A DNA stretch of 64,000 bases from Barthelona sp. PCE (Eukaryota). Under the pieces are notes generated by a model. It did not search any database. It was not told the DNA's origin and saw nothing but the letters and a program-made list of their open reading frames with translations. The stretch spans positions 1-64,000 of the forward strand of contig JAUFOR010000006.1 in NCBI GenBank assembly GCA_040285745.1, read 5' to 3'. Positions 38,586-50,808 of the stretch are shown piece after piece. Within the stretch, counting starts at the first letter, position 1. The number at the start of each line of letters is the position of its first letter. Both the position numbers and the translations under genes were made by a program.

Positions 38586-38724
38586 ATCATGGTTAATTAT
38601 CTTACATATGTAAGAGATATTTTAGGTTATATAGTATAAAAAGCAAACATCAAAGATGTTTTCTAATAATTACACAATTTGTTTGTATTTAAGAGTACAA
38701 CGCAATGTTGTCTCTTGAATTTGC

Positions 38725-38867
38725 TATTGATCCAACCGAAGGTTCACCTACGGTTACCTTGTTACGACTTTTCCTTCCTCTAGATGATAAGACACACTGA
38801 ACTTTTCACCCAACTAAGTATTGCTACTGTGCGTTGGCGCGATCCGAACATTTTGGCACATCATCCG

Positions 38868-38911
<44 letters not shown>

Positions 38912-39351
38912 ATCAGCGTGCGCTAATGACACACACTTACTAGGAATTCCTTGTTCATGACCCATAATTGCAAAGGTCAATCCCAACATCACGATGTCTT
39001 TTTAAAGATTAGCCAGGCCTCTCGACCAAGCTATTGCTTATTGACGACATCAGTGTAGCACGCGTGCGGCCCAGGACATCTAAGAGCATCACAGACCTGT
39101 TATTGCCCCAACCTTCCTCCAGATAAAACTCTGGCAGTCCCTCTAAGAAGTTGGTCCATTTTGTAAAAAATGTCCAACTATTTAGCAGGATGGGGTCTCG
39201 TTCGTTAACGGAATTAACCAGACAAATCACTCCACCAACTAAGAACGGCCATGCACTACCACTCATAGAATCAAGAAACTGCTCTCAAAGTGTCAATCAT
39301 TACTATGTCCGGCCCTGGTAAGTTGTTCCGTGTTGAATCAGATTAAGCCGC

Positions 39352-39420
<69 letters not shown>

Positions 39421-40517
39421 AGAACCCAAAAACTTTGATTTCTCGTAAGGTGCTGAAGGGGTACAATAAACCTGTGCCTCCAATCCCTAGTCGGCATAGT
39501 TTATGGTTGAGACTACGACGGTGTCTAATCGTCTTCGATTCCCCAACTATCGTTCTTGATCAATGAAAACATCCTTGTCGAACGCCTTCGCTTCTGTTTG
39601 TCATTAGGAGATCAGAAAATTTCACCTCTCACTCCTAAGTACAGACGACCCCAAACTGTCCCTATTAATCATTACTCCTTCCTATGTACCAACAAAAAGG
39701 TCAGAGTCCTATTTCATTATCCCATGCTAGTGTATTCAATTGCGTATACCTGCTTTTGAACACTCTAATTTATTCAAGGTAAAAAAACCATATCTAACAG
39801 ACGCCCTAAGGAATCTGAAGAAAATGGTAGGAAGAACCAGTACAATAAAGATGTAATCTAACGATAATCATCCATGCACTGATTCACAAGTTCAACTACG
39901 AGCTTTTTAACTGCAACAGTTTTAACATACGCTATTGGAGCTGGTATTACCGCGGCTGCTGGCACCAGACTTGCCCTCCAATTGCTTTCTAAAGGTCTAT
40001 TTACACCTAAACCATTACATGCCGGGACACATAGTGCCTACGGTTGTTATTTCTTGTCACCTTCTCCCTGAGTCAGGATTGGAAAATTTTCGCGCCTGCT
40101 GCCTTCCGTGGAAGTGGGGAGCCGTTTCTCAGGCTCCCTCTCCGGAATCGAACCCTGATTCTCCGTTACCCGTCAACACCTTCGTAGGCCTCTATCCTAC
40201 GAATAAGTATGATAGGGCAGAGATTTAAATGATACGTCGCGTCAAGAGACAACGATCAGCGAATATATTATGATTCACCTAAGTCAGCTAATGAAAGCTG
40301 GGTTGGTTTAGTCTAATATATGCAATCCTTCGTGAGTTGGATTTTTGTACATGTATTAGCCCTAGTTTACCACGGTTATCCTAGTAGTAAGACTATCAAA
40401 GAAATTATCACTGATTTAATGAGCCATTCGCAGTTTCTCAGTATAAATGATCATACTTAGACATGCATGGCTAAATCCTTGAGACAAGCATATGATACTG
40501 GCAGGATCAACCAGGTA
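38725..40517 (-). rRNA. 18S (SSU) rRNA (unit 5)
   Basis: Universal SSU motifs. Confidence 0.97.
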
Positions 40518-41458
40518 ACTTTTTTAAAACATCGGCGAACCGAGTTCTTAAAAGCAAGACTAAAGTCTTTTTCCTAATTGTATAGACAGAAAGTCTGTGT
40601 AAGACAATCTGCTAAATCCTTTCAGATCTATCATAATTCTCTGCTTTATGCACGATTCATTTGTTACATATATTAAATATGACATCAAATGATACTAACA
40701 TAAAACATACAGCTGCTCTGACATGCGACTTCCCTTTACAGAGAAGATCACACCGATTACAGCACTCAAACATTCAACAATGTTACCGTTAAAGGTACAA
40801 ATACAGAACGTTTTTTTTTTTTTTACTAATGTAAGAAATCCTTGTGTTCCGTTTAAAATCGGGTCTAAACCCATTTTTACTTGAACACAAGTTTATTTTA
40901 TCATAAACATTATACTAACTTACAATGTAAGCTTTCAATGACTGAGTAGAGTGTTACCACTCTCCTCAACTATACTTTAAATTACTTTTAGTACAGACAT
41001 GAAAATCAAAAAATTTAACATTAGGGCCTCTAATAAAATGACTGAAAAAATATGCATATTTTTTTAGCTTGTCAACACATTGGATTTCTCACTCATTCTA
41101 AAAATTTCTAAAAAGTACTTGTTGTCACAACAAGGCGCGTTCACGCCTATGCTGTGACTTTATTCATCAGCTTAGACCCTCCAAGTGCACAAAAATGAAG
41201 TTAAAACGTATAAAAACGTAAAAAAAAACAACTCACAAAAACTACGGTTTTCAATATAGAACACTTAAAAAAAGTGTGATTGTTGACATTAATCAGACCT
41301 CAAACGATATTAAGTTCATTATAGGCAATATAATGATTGAAAAAAAAAGCAAAATTTTTCTACTTTCTAAATAACCTTGCTCCTTATTCCTATAGACCTG
41401 AAAACACGTTTACAGACCGTTTTCGTGCATTCTGACGGTTCAAAAAATGCAAATAAAA

Positions 41459-41577
41459 AGCTTACAGCACTTGGGATTCCCGCGGGCTCTCGCAACGCAG
41501 TACTAACCAAGCCCTAACCTGCTTAACCTCAGTGTTCGGGATGAGAACTGGCGTTTCCAGGTTGGTATGGCCGAAGC
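41459..41577 (-). rRNA. 5S rRNA (unit 5)
   Basis: Identical to the unit 3 5S. Confidence 0.95.
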
Positions 41578-41840
41578 TGGAAATCTTAGTCGATTTTCAA
41601 AACTCGGATCTACATACCAAAATGTTGTAAAAAAAAATCTCAAATTCGTGGCTTCACTAATAAATTCAATGGAGAAGGGCGAAATCCGAGGAGCAAGTAA
41701 AAAACCTCAATTATTTCCAAGAAATTTGTCACACCCTCAACATGTTTTTATTAGCATGTAAAAAAACTATTGTTTTTAGACCGTAGAACATCAGATAGCA
41801 TCATTAAGACCATTAAAATAGCAAAAATGTTGCTTAAAAG

Positions 41841-42067
41841 TCGTAGGAGGTTGTAAATTTACTTCGGAGTTAGACACTTGTACGGGAGTTGCGAGCTCCC
41901 TCGAGTGCTGTGCTTGCACTGAGAATTGTTCTAGAGCCCTTTTTTTTTTTAAATAAAAGGGGAGAAAGAAATGATGTAAGTACTCACAGAGTACAAGAGG
42001 GAAGACCGCGTGTCTACTCCTCAGTAGATTTACTCCTACGAAATAGCGTGTTATTCACAAGCGTGCC
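41841..42067. repeat. Fold-back (imperfect inverted repeat) segment in rDNA spacer
   Basis: Arms TCGTAGGAG..TAAATTTAC..GGAGTTAGACAC (41841-41877) and GTGTCTACTCC..GTAGATTTACTCCTACGA (42010-42041), with nested pairs CTTGTAC/GTACAAG and CCCTTTT/AAAAGGG. Confidence 0.65.
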
Positions 42068-42100
42068 GTAAAAAAAAAAAACACCTTTTATATTACCGTA

Positions 42101-42488
42101 GTAAACCGTATTATGAATAATTTAGAGAGAGTGTGTAAGTGCAAAGCCAAAGAGATGTTATGTAGTAAGAATAATGCTTGTGATATATGAGCGTACCGCT
42201 AAATACAATCATTCTTGATAGAAACCGTAGCTAATAAAATCATGTATTAGTATCAATAATACATACTAACTAACTAACAAAAGCAATAGCAAATATTCAA
42301 AGTCAAGGCTAATGAAGAAAATTGTAGATACATCAGACGAAAAGTCTGCAGACTGCAGTTTGAAAAATTCAACTATAATTAGTAACAGTAAATATATAAA
42401 AGTCACAGATACTTTAGATTCTTTATGTATGTTGTTATGAATGTGAGAAACAAAGGTAAAAATACAAACACCTTTGATAGAAACCGTA
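42101..42488 (-). terminator. Candidate Pol I terminator/fork-barrier boxes downstream of 28S (present in every spacer)
   Basis: Exact 15-mer TTGATAGAAACCGTA at 42215-42229 and 42474-42488, partial AAACCGTATTA at 42103; function inferred from position only. Confidence 0.3.
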
Positions 42489-42517
42489 TTAAGATTAAAG
42501 TGATATAATAAATAATT

Positions 42518-42929
42518 ATATCGAAACGTCTCAAAGAAGATGAGGCTCAGCGGATCGTGCCGAAGTGACACTCTCACATACTTACACCACTCCTTGAGTA
42601 GGCCTACTCGTCTAGTAGGGTTTCAAACTAGTCATGCTCATTTATTATGCAAAGGTTACCGAACCAACATTTAGAAGATACGGTAAGTCTTATAATGTGC
42701 TCTCCGAATACATGAGTATTCTACACTGAGACTTCTAAGCAATATTGACTAGGAAGTAATCGTTTTTTTTTAGATTAGATGCCAACTTAGAGGCGTTCAG
42801 TTGTAATCTAACCTGCTTAGCTTCGCAGCAATGTCTGTTCAGACAACTGCAGATACCAAATGCAAGGTATAATAGTTCCTCTCGTACTTTACTACACTAC
42901 TATCACGATTAATAAATCAAAAGGATTAA

Positions 42930-42974
<45 letters not shown>

Positions 42975-43008
42975 TTAACGGGTGAACAATCCGACACTTG
43001 GTGAATTC

Positions 43009-43053
<45 letters not shown>

Positions 43054-43076
43054 TACGTCGCTATGAACGCTTGGCA

Positions 43077-43111
<35 letters not shown>

Positions 43112-43503
43112 TCACACCTAGCTTAAAGCATTTAAAAACTAAGTGATCGATAGGCCTTTGTTTCCAATGTATTTGACGTACTGAATCACATACTCAAGCG
43201 AGCTTTTACCCTTTTGTTCTAGAAGAGATTTCTGTCCTCTAGGAGCTCACCTTAGGACAACTAAGCTACGGTGTCTTAGTTGTACCGCCCCAGCCAAACT
43301 CCCAATCTGATTATGTTCTTAATTTGGGTTCAGCGCAAAGCTGTTAAATCTTAAAAAATTTCCATATAATTAAGTTAGTAAAACGTCGACGAGTATCATG
43401 GTCTTTCACCTTTGCCGGAGCTCCCATGTACCTACACTACTCGAGACATTTCACAAAAGCAGACTAGAGTCAAGCTCAACAGGGTCTTCTTGCCCCTTTG
43501 ATA

Positions 43504-43537
<34 letters not shown>

Positions 43538-43563
43538 TGATCGTAGATAGGGACAGTGGGAAC

Positions 43564-43636
<73 letters not shown>

Positions 43637-44901
43637 CCCCGCCGTTTACGAGTGCTTCAGCATATCACTACACATTCACAAAAACATCGCACTGGGCAGA
43701 AATCACATTGCGTCAACGTCGTTTTACAACCATCGCAATGCTGTGTTTTTATTAAACAGTCGGGTTCCCCTTGTCCGTACCAGTTCCAAGTTAGCTGTTA
43801 ATTGTGATGAAACGTTCCGTAGAACTACCAAAACCCTTTTAAATCGTAAATAAGACGTCCACTGAAAACCCCGAAGGGTATCTATAGCTATCGAATTGTC
43901 AGATATGTCCAGATTAAGGCTTCGATCACTCAGCCCTTAGAGCCAATCCTTTTCCCGAAGTTACGGATCTAATTTGCCGACTTCCCTTACCTACATTCAT
44001 CAATCAGACCAGAGGCTACTCACCTTGGAGACCTGCGGCGGTTATGGGTACGGCTGTATTATAAAGATCATCCATTGGTTTTTCAAGGATCGTCGAAAGC
44101 GCACCGGACAGACGAATTGTCTGCTCGTGAGTACATTTATCCATATCTCCAGCTGAACTGCTTCCATGGAAATAGTACTTTGAAAAGAGAAGAAAACTCT
44201 TCCCGGAACTTCCTACAATGTCACCAATTTCATTCGTGTTACCACCTACTACATAATACAGTACAGGAATATAAACCTGCTTCCCTTTCGATAGGAGTGC
44301 ACAAAGCACTTTTGATACAGAGTTAACCTATCTCTTAGGACCGACTAACCTATGTCCAAATACAGTTGACATAGAACCCTTCTCCACTTCGGCCTTCGAG
44401 GTTCTCACTCGAATACTTGCTACTTCCACCAAGATCTGCACTAGAGACTGTTCCAGTCCGATTCACATCGTAACCTTCTTAACAAATCTCCACGCCCTCC
44501 TACACATTGGAACTTACATTGATTGTTCCAATGGTGGAGTATAGGTAATACGCTTGAGCGCCATCCATTTTCAGGGCTAATTGATTCGGCTGGTGAGTTA
44601 TAACACACTCCTTAGCGGATTCCAACTTCTATGGCCACCGTCCAGCTGTCATAATCAAACAACACCTTTTATGGGATCTAATGAGCGTATATTTAGGCAC
44701 CTCAACTCCACGTTCGGTTCATCCCGCATCGCCAGTTCTGCTTACCAAAAATGGCCCACTAAGAGTTCTGATTCTACATCCAAGTTCAAATTAAGTAACA
44801 TGGACTGCTTGCCCGTTCAAAGTTTGAGAATAGGCTGAGGTCATTTCGTCCCCAGTACCTCTAATCAGTGGCTTTACCAGACAAAACTCATATGAACTCC
44901 T

Positions 44902-44941
<40 letters not shown>

Positions 44942-45922
44942 CGATTCGATTAGTCTTTCGCCCCTATACCCAAGTTTGACGATCGATTTGTACGTCAGAA
45001 CCGCTTCGGACCTCCACCTGAGTTTCCCCAGGCTTCATCCTACTCAGGCATAGTTCACCGTCTTTCGGGTCCCAAACAACATGCTCCAACTCCATGGATT
45101 TGCCAAAGCGCCTCCCGGGTCGATTGTGCACCTTACAGGTTCCAACCTCAGTGGACTTGGTCCACCTTTACTTTCATTTCGCGTATGGGTTTAACACCCA
45201 AACACTCGCATGTTACTTAGACTCCTTGGTCCGTGTTTCAAGACGGGTGAGTTAGCACCCATTACCATCATCTTGATTGGAAGCAAATTACCATCTGCCT
45301 ACTAATTAAACAGTAACTCAACACAAAGTGACGACTAAACTGAATAACTTCGCTAGCTTATTGCAACCTACAGACAATCTCGTTCCTCTGTCTCCGTTGA
45401 ATATACTCGAGGTCTATAAAGATCCGAAGATCCACCTTTCCCCGTGAGCCAAACAACATGAAACAGATGATAGTGACTAGTATGGAAACCCATACAATCA
45501 GAGTACTAACACCTTCCCTTTCAACAATTTCAGGTACTTTTAACCCTCTCTTCAGAGTACTTTTCATCGTTCGTTCACACTACTTATTTGCTATCGGTCT
45601 TCCAGAAATATTTAGCTTTAGGTGATGCTTACCACCCACTTAAGACTCCAATCCCAAAGAGCCCGACTCTTAGAGCTAACGGGTATTTACTTATCAGCGA
45701 CACAAACGGGACTATCACCCTCTATGGTATACCGTTCCAGGTAACTTAGTGTCGCATCCAAATAATCCGAAAGTCTATATGCCACAACAGTTCCATACGG
45801 AACTTTTAGGCGTGAGCTTTTCCCTTTTCGCTCGCCGCTACTAGGGGAATCGCAGTTGCTTTCTTTTCCTGCGCTTAGTAATATGCTTAAATTCAGCGCG
45901 TTCTCCTACTTGATTTGAGGTA
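42518..45922 (-). rRNA. 28S (LSU) rRNA (unit 6)
   Basis: Conserved LSU motifs. Confidence 0.97.
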
Positions 45923-46054
45923 AAATATTAAAGACTTAACCCAAAGTGGTCTTTTGCACATATGCTAAGATTCACTATGAAGGGAGATATTTCATTAAAA
46001 CATATTTCTATGTTAAAACAGTCCAACAACAGAATTGTTGTTATAATAAATATT

Positions 46055-46197
46055 ACGCTCAAACAAGCATACCTCCGAAGAGGTGCAATTTGCGTTCAGA
46101 AATTTGATGATCAACAGGGTCTGCAATTCACATTACGTATCGCAGTTCGCTGCGTCCTTCATCGATCTGGAAACCAAGACATCCATTGTTGAAAGTT
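46055..46197 (-). rRNA. 5.8S rRNA (unit 6)
   Basis: Conserved 5.8S motifs. Confidence 0.95.
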
Positions 46198-46336
46198 ATC
46201 ATGGTTAATTATCTTACATATGTAAGAGATATTTTAGGTTATATAGTATAAAAAGCAAACATCAAAGATGTTTTCTAATAATTACACAATTTGTTTGTAT
46301 TTAAGAGTACAACGCAATGTTGTCTCTTGAATTTGC

Positions 46337-46479
46337 TATTGATCCAACCGAAGGTTCACCTACGGTTACCTTGTTACGACTTTTCCTTCCTCTAGATGAT
46401 AAGACACACTGAACTTTTCACCCAACTAAGTATTGCTACTGTGCGTTGGCGCGATCCGAACATTTTGGCACATCATCCG

Positions 46480-46523
<44 letters not shown>

Positions 46524-46962
46524 ATCAGCGTGCGCTAATGACACACACTTACTAGGAATTCCTTGTTCATGACCCATAATTGCAAAGGTCAATCCCAACA
46601 TCACGATGTCTTTTAAAGATTAGCCAGGCCTCTCGACCAAGCTATTGCTTATTGACGACATCAGTGTAGCACGCGTGCGGCCCAGGACATCTAAGAGCAT
46701 CACAGACCTGTTATTGCCCCAACCTTCCTCCAGATAAAACTCTGGCAGTCCCTCTAAGAAGTTGGTCCATTTTGTAAAAAATGTCCAACTATTTAGCAGG
46801 ATGGGGTCTCGTTCGTTAACGGAATTAACCAGACAAATCACTCCACCAACTAAGAACGGCCATGCACTACCACTCATAGAATCAAGAAACTGCTCTCAAA
46901 GTGTCAATCATTACTATGTCCGGCCCTGGTAAGTTGTTCCGTGTTGAATCAGATTAAGCCGC

Positions 46963-47031
<69 letters not shown>

Positions 47032-48126
47032 AGAACCCAAAAACTTTGATTTCTCGTAAGGTGCTGAAGGGGTACAATAAACCTGTGCCTCCAATCCCTA
47101 GTCGGCATAGTTTATGGTTGAGACTACGACGGTGTCTAATCGTCTTCGATTCCCCAACTATCGTTCTTGATCAATGAAAACATCCTTGTCGAACGCCTTC
47201 GCTTCTGTTTGTCATTAGGAGATCAGAAAATTTCACCTCTCACTCCTAAGTACAGACGACCCCAAACTGTCCCTATTAATCATTACTCCTTCCTATGTAC
47301 CAACAAAAAGGTCAGAGTCCTATTTCATTATCCCATGCTAGTGTATTCAATTGCGTATACCTGCTTTGAACACTCTAATTTATTCAAGGTAAAAAAACCA
47401 TATCTAACAGACGCCCTAAGGAATCTGAAGAAAATGGTAGGAAGAACCAGTACAATAAAGATGTAATCTAACGATAATCATCCATGCACTGATTCACAAG
47501 TTCAACTACGAGCTTTTTAACTGCAACAGTTTTAACATACGCTATTGGAGCTGGTATTACCGCGGCTGCTGGCACCAGACTTGCCCTCCAATTGCTTTCT
47601 AAAGGTCTATTTACACCTAAACCATTACATGCCGGGACACATAGTGCCTACGGTTGTTATTTCTTGTCACCTTCTCCCTGAGTCAGGATTGGAAAATTTT
47701 CGCGCCTGCTGCCTTCCGTGGAAGTGGGAGCCGTTTCTCAGGCTCCCTCTCCGGAATCGAACCCTGATTCTCCGTTACCCGTCAACACCTTCGTAGGCCT
47801 CTATCCTACGAATAAGTATGATAGGGCAGAGATTTAAATGATACGTCGCGTCAAGAGACAACGATCAGCGAATATATTATGATTCACCTAAGTCAGCTAA
47901 TGAAAGCTGGGTTGGTTTAGTCTAATATATGCAATCCTTCGTGAGTTGGATTTTTGTACATGTATTAGCCCTAGTTTACCACGGTTATCCTAGTAGTAAG
48001 ACTATCAAAGAAATTATCACTGATTTAATGAGCCATTCGCAGTTTCTCAGTATAAATGATCATACTTAGACATGCATGGCTAAATCCTTGAGACAAGCAT
48101 ATGATACTGGCAGGATCAACCAGGTA
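46337..48126 (-). rRNA. 18S (SSU) rRNA (unit 6)
   Basis: Universal SSU motifs. Confidence 0.97.
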
Positions 48127-49064
48127 ACTTTTTTAAAACATCGGCGAACCGAGTTCTTAAAAGCAAGACTAAAGTCTTTTTCCTAATTGTATAGACAGAA
48201 AGTCTGTGTAAGACAATCTGCTAAATCCTTTCAGATCTATCATAATTCTCTGCTTTATGCACGATTCATTTGTTACATATATTAAATATGACATCAAATG
48301 ATACTAACATAAAACATACAGCTGCTCTGACATGCGACTTCCCTTTACAGAGAAGATCACACCGATTACAGCACTCAAACATTCAACAATGTTACCGTTA
48401 AAGGTACAAATACAGAACGTTTTTTTTCTTACTAATGTAAGAAATCCTTGTGTTCCGTTTAAAATCGGGTCTAAACCCATTTTTACTTGAACACAAGTTT
48501 ATTTTATCATAAACATTATACTAACTTACAATGTAAGCTTTCAATGACTGAGTAGAGTGTTACCACTCTCCTCAACTATACTTTAAATTACTTTTAGTAC
48601 AGACATGAAAATCAAAAAATTTAACATTAGGGCCTCTAATAAAATGACTGAAAAAATATGCATATTTTTTTAGCTTGTCAACACATTGGATTTCTCACTC
48701 ATTCTAAAAATTTCTAAAAAGTACTTGTTGTCACAACAAGGCGCGTTCACGCCTATGCTGTGACTTTATTCATCAGCTTAGACCCTCCAAGTGCACAAAA
48801 ATGAAGTTAAAACGTATAAAAACGTAAAAAAAAACAACTCACAAAAACTACGGTTTTCAATATAGAACACTTAAAAAAAGTGTGATTGTTGACATTAATC
48901 AGACCTCAAACGATATTAAGTTCATTATAGGCAATATAATGATTGAAAAAAAAAGCAAAATTTTTCTACTTTCTAAATAACCTTGCTCCTTATTCCTATA
49001 GACCTGAAAACACGTTTACAGACCGTTTTCGTGCATTCTGACGGTTCAAAAAATGCAAATAAAA

Positions 49065-49183
49065 AGCTTACAGCACTTGGGATTCCCGCGGGCTCTCGCA
49101 ACGCAGTACTAACCAAGCCCTAACCTGCTTAACCTCAGTGTTCGGGATGAGAACTGGCGTTTCCAGGTTGGTATGGCCGAAGC
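49065..49183 (-). rRNA. 5S rRNA (unit 6, first gene of the array in transcription order)
   Basis: Identical to other 5S copies. Confidence 0.95.
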
Positions 49184-50112
49184 TGGAAATCTTAGTCGAT
49201 TTTCAAAACTCGGACATGTTTTGAGAATATCCAATATTTGGATCATGAATGAAAAAACTAACTAACCCAAATCTACATAAAATATTTAAATAAGCCAATC
49301 AAATAAGGGATATAAAAATTAATACTGGTTAATACCTTTACTACCTTATTCAAAGTTAATTTTAACATTAGGTAACGTTTTATATAATATATAATACTGG
49401 TAACAGTGATTAATTTAGTGATGAATGCATGGGAAGAGGGTAAATAGCAAAGAAAGTAGTTGTTGAAGCCGATTCAAACGGTATTCACCATCATATACCG
49501 AATAGAGATTTTGTTCTACATAGTCTTAAGTCTCAATTTACGTAAAAAAGTCACTCCATTCAACAATTCTGAAATTTTTGCAAAAATTTGTTAATGTTTT
49601 ATTTGGTGTTCAGTAAGTGTTTGACTGTATTTTTTGAGACTTTCCAATACACAAATTTCAAAAATCATTGACCACAGACCGTTCCTATCCCAGTTTTTTC
49701 CTCTCTTTTTTTTTTTCTTGTAATTTAGACAAAAATTTCCTGTCTCTTCATAATTTACGTACTATCCGTTGTACCAAATTATCAATATCTGTCATTACTT
49801 GACAAAATAGAGATTCACAAAAGTTTTCAAAAAAAAATTTGAAAGATACTATTACTCTAACATTATTACGACCTTTATGTTAATTAAAGTGAATACAATA
49901 GTTTGATTAGTTTGGAATACAACAATTAATCATTCAGCAGTTCTTCATACACTCTTCTTCTGAAATCTTGAGTTTTTTTGTAACAGAAAGTGAAGTAATT
50001 GAATACAATTCTTGGTCGTATTATTACTGACAGAATTGCTTAGTATTGGAAAATATTTAAGCAAAGTATGTATGCTCTTCATAACATGCAGCATGAATGG
50101 TTGTAATGGTCT

Positions 50113-50300
50113 TCGGAGGAGTTAAAAATCTACTTAGGAGTTAGACACTTGTTTGGGAGCTGCGAACTTCCTCGAGTGCTGCGTTTGCGCTGAGAACTGT
50201 TCCATTGCCTCTTTTTTTTGAAAATAAACGAAAGAGGGAGTAAATATTGAATGAATACATAATACATCAAGGGAGTAAAACTTTCTGGTGTGTTTACCAA
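50113..50300. repeat. Diverged homolog of the rDNA-spacer fold-back segment
   Basis: GGAGTTAGACACTTGT..GGGAG.TGCGA.CT.CCTCGAGTGCTG...TTGC.CTGAGAA.TGTTC shared with 41866-41931. Confidence 0.75.
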
Positions 50301-50357
50301 GTTTTAGAGTGGGATTCGAAAGAAGATGAGCCTGCTGAGGACGCAGGTACATCGTAC

Positions 50358-50768
50358 CTACACCCACAATAGTTTAAAAATAAATGAAATAATAAGTCTC
50401 AAAAGAGGGAGGAAACGTAAATCTACGTTTTCCACCTCTTTCTCGTCTTCTTTACTCTCAGTAGACAACCAGGGGCAACACGAGAGGTATTTCAAACGTT
50501 GTGGGTATATTGTCCTCATCTTCGTTTGTTTCATTAATAAAGGAGTGCGTGGCTCCATAAGCTCTTGAACGCCTTCCTCACTTATTTTCTCACGTGTAAC
50601 TCGTATCTTGTATCCGTTACGTATCCAAGTTCCACTAGGGGGATCTGGAGGCATAGTAGGTATTTCAGTTTCTTGTTTCTTAACGGTCGCTGATTCGATA
50701 TCATTGGTGAAACATGTTAGATGCTCACATAATTGCCCAAATTGAGTTGATAAATTCCCTGAGTTCAC
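50358..50768 (-). pseudogene. Possible decayed pol/RT N-terminal fragment
   Basis: No ATG start; WIRNGYKI and VDLRFL loosely resemble DIRS-type RT N-terminal motifs; no YxDD found. Confidence 0.3.
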
Positions 50769-50808
50769 AAATGATGGGGATTCATCATCAACGACCGAAC
50801 CTTTTCAA

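Larger units (their letters stand above)
1..49214 (-). repeat. Tandem rDNA array, six units of ~7.6 kb (5S + 18S-5.8S-28S); first unit truncated by window edge
   Basis: Near-identical blocks recur; 5S 3' ends at 4879, 12485, 20048, 33835, 41459, 49065 (period 7563-7624, except 13787 across the insertion). Similarity stops at 49214. Confidence 0.98.

Noticed and set aside
42005-42030. CUGAGGA hammerhead-like core on the minus strand of the spacer fold-back
   Set aside because: No correctly placed GAAA or three-stem junction found.
42266-42577. 103-aa ORF repeated at the 28S 3' end/spacer (also 5683, 27034)
   Set aside because: Non-ATG start inside 28S, low-complexity AT-rich translation, broken by indels in other units.
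438-47796. Many short ORFs recurring in each unit (e.g. MIRLVSYNTLL..., MSGSAWPFLVGG..., MELVLPRLLAP...)
   Set aside because: They overlap 18S/5.8S/28S rRNA on either strand and are spurious translations of rRNA.
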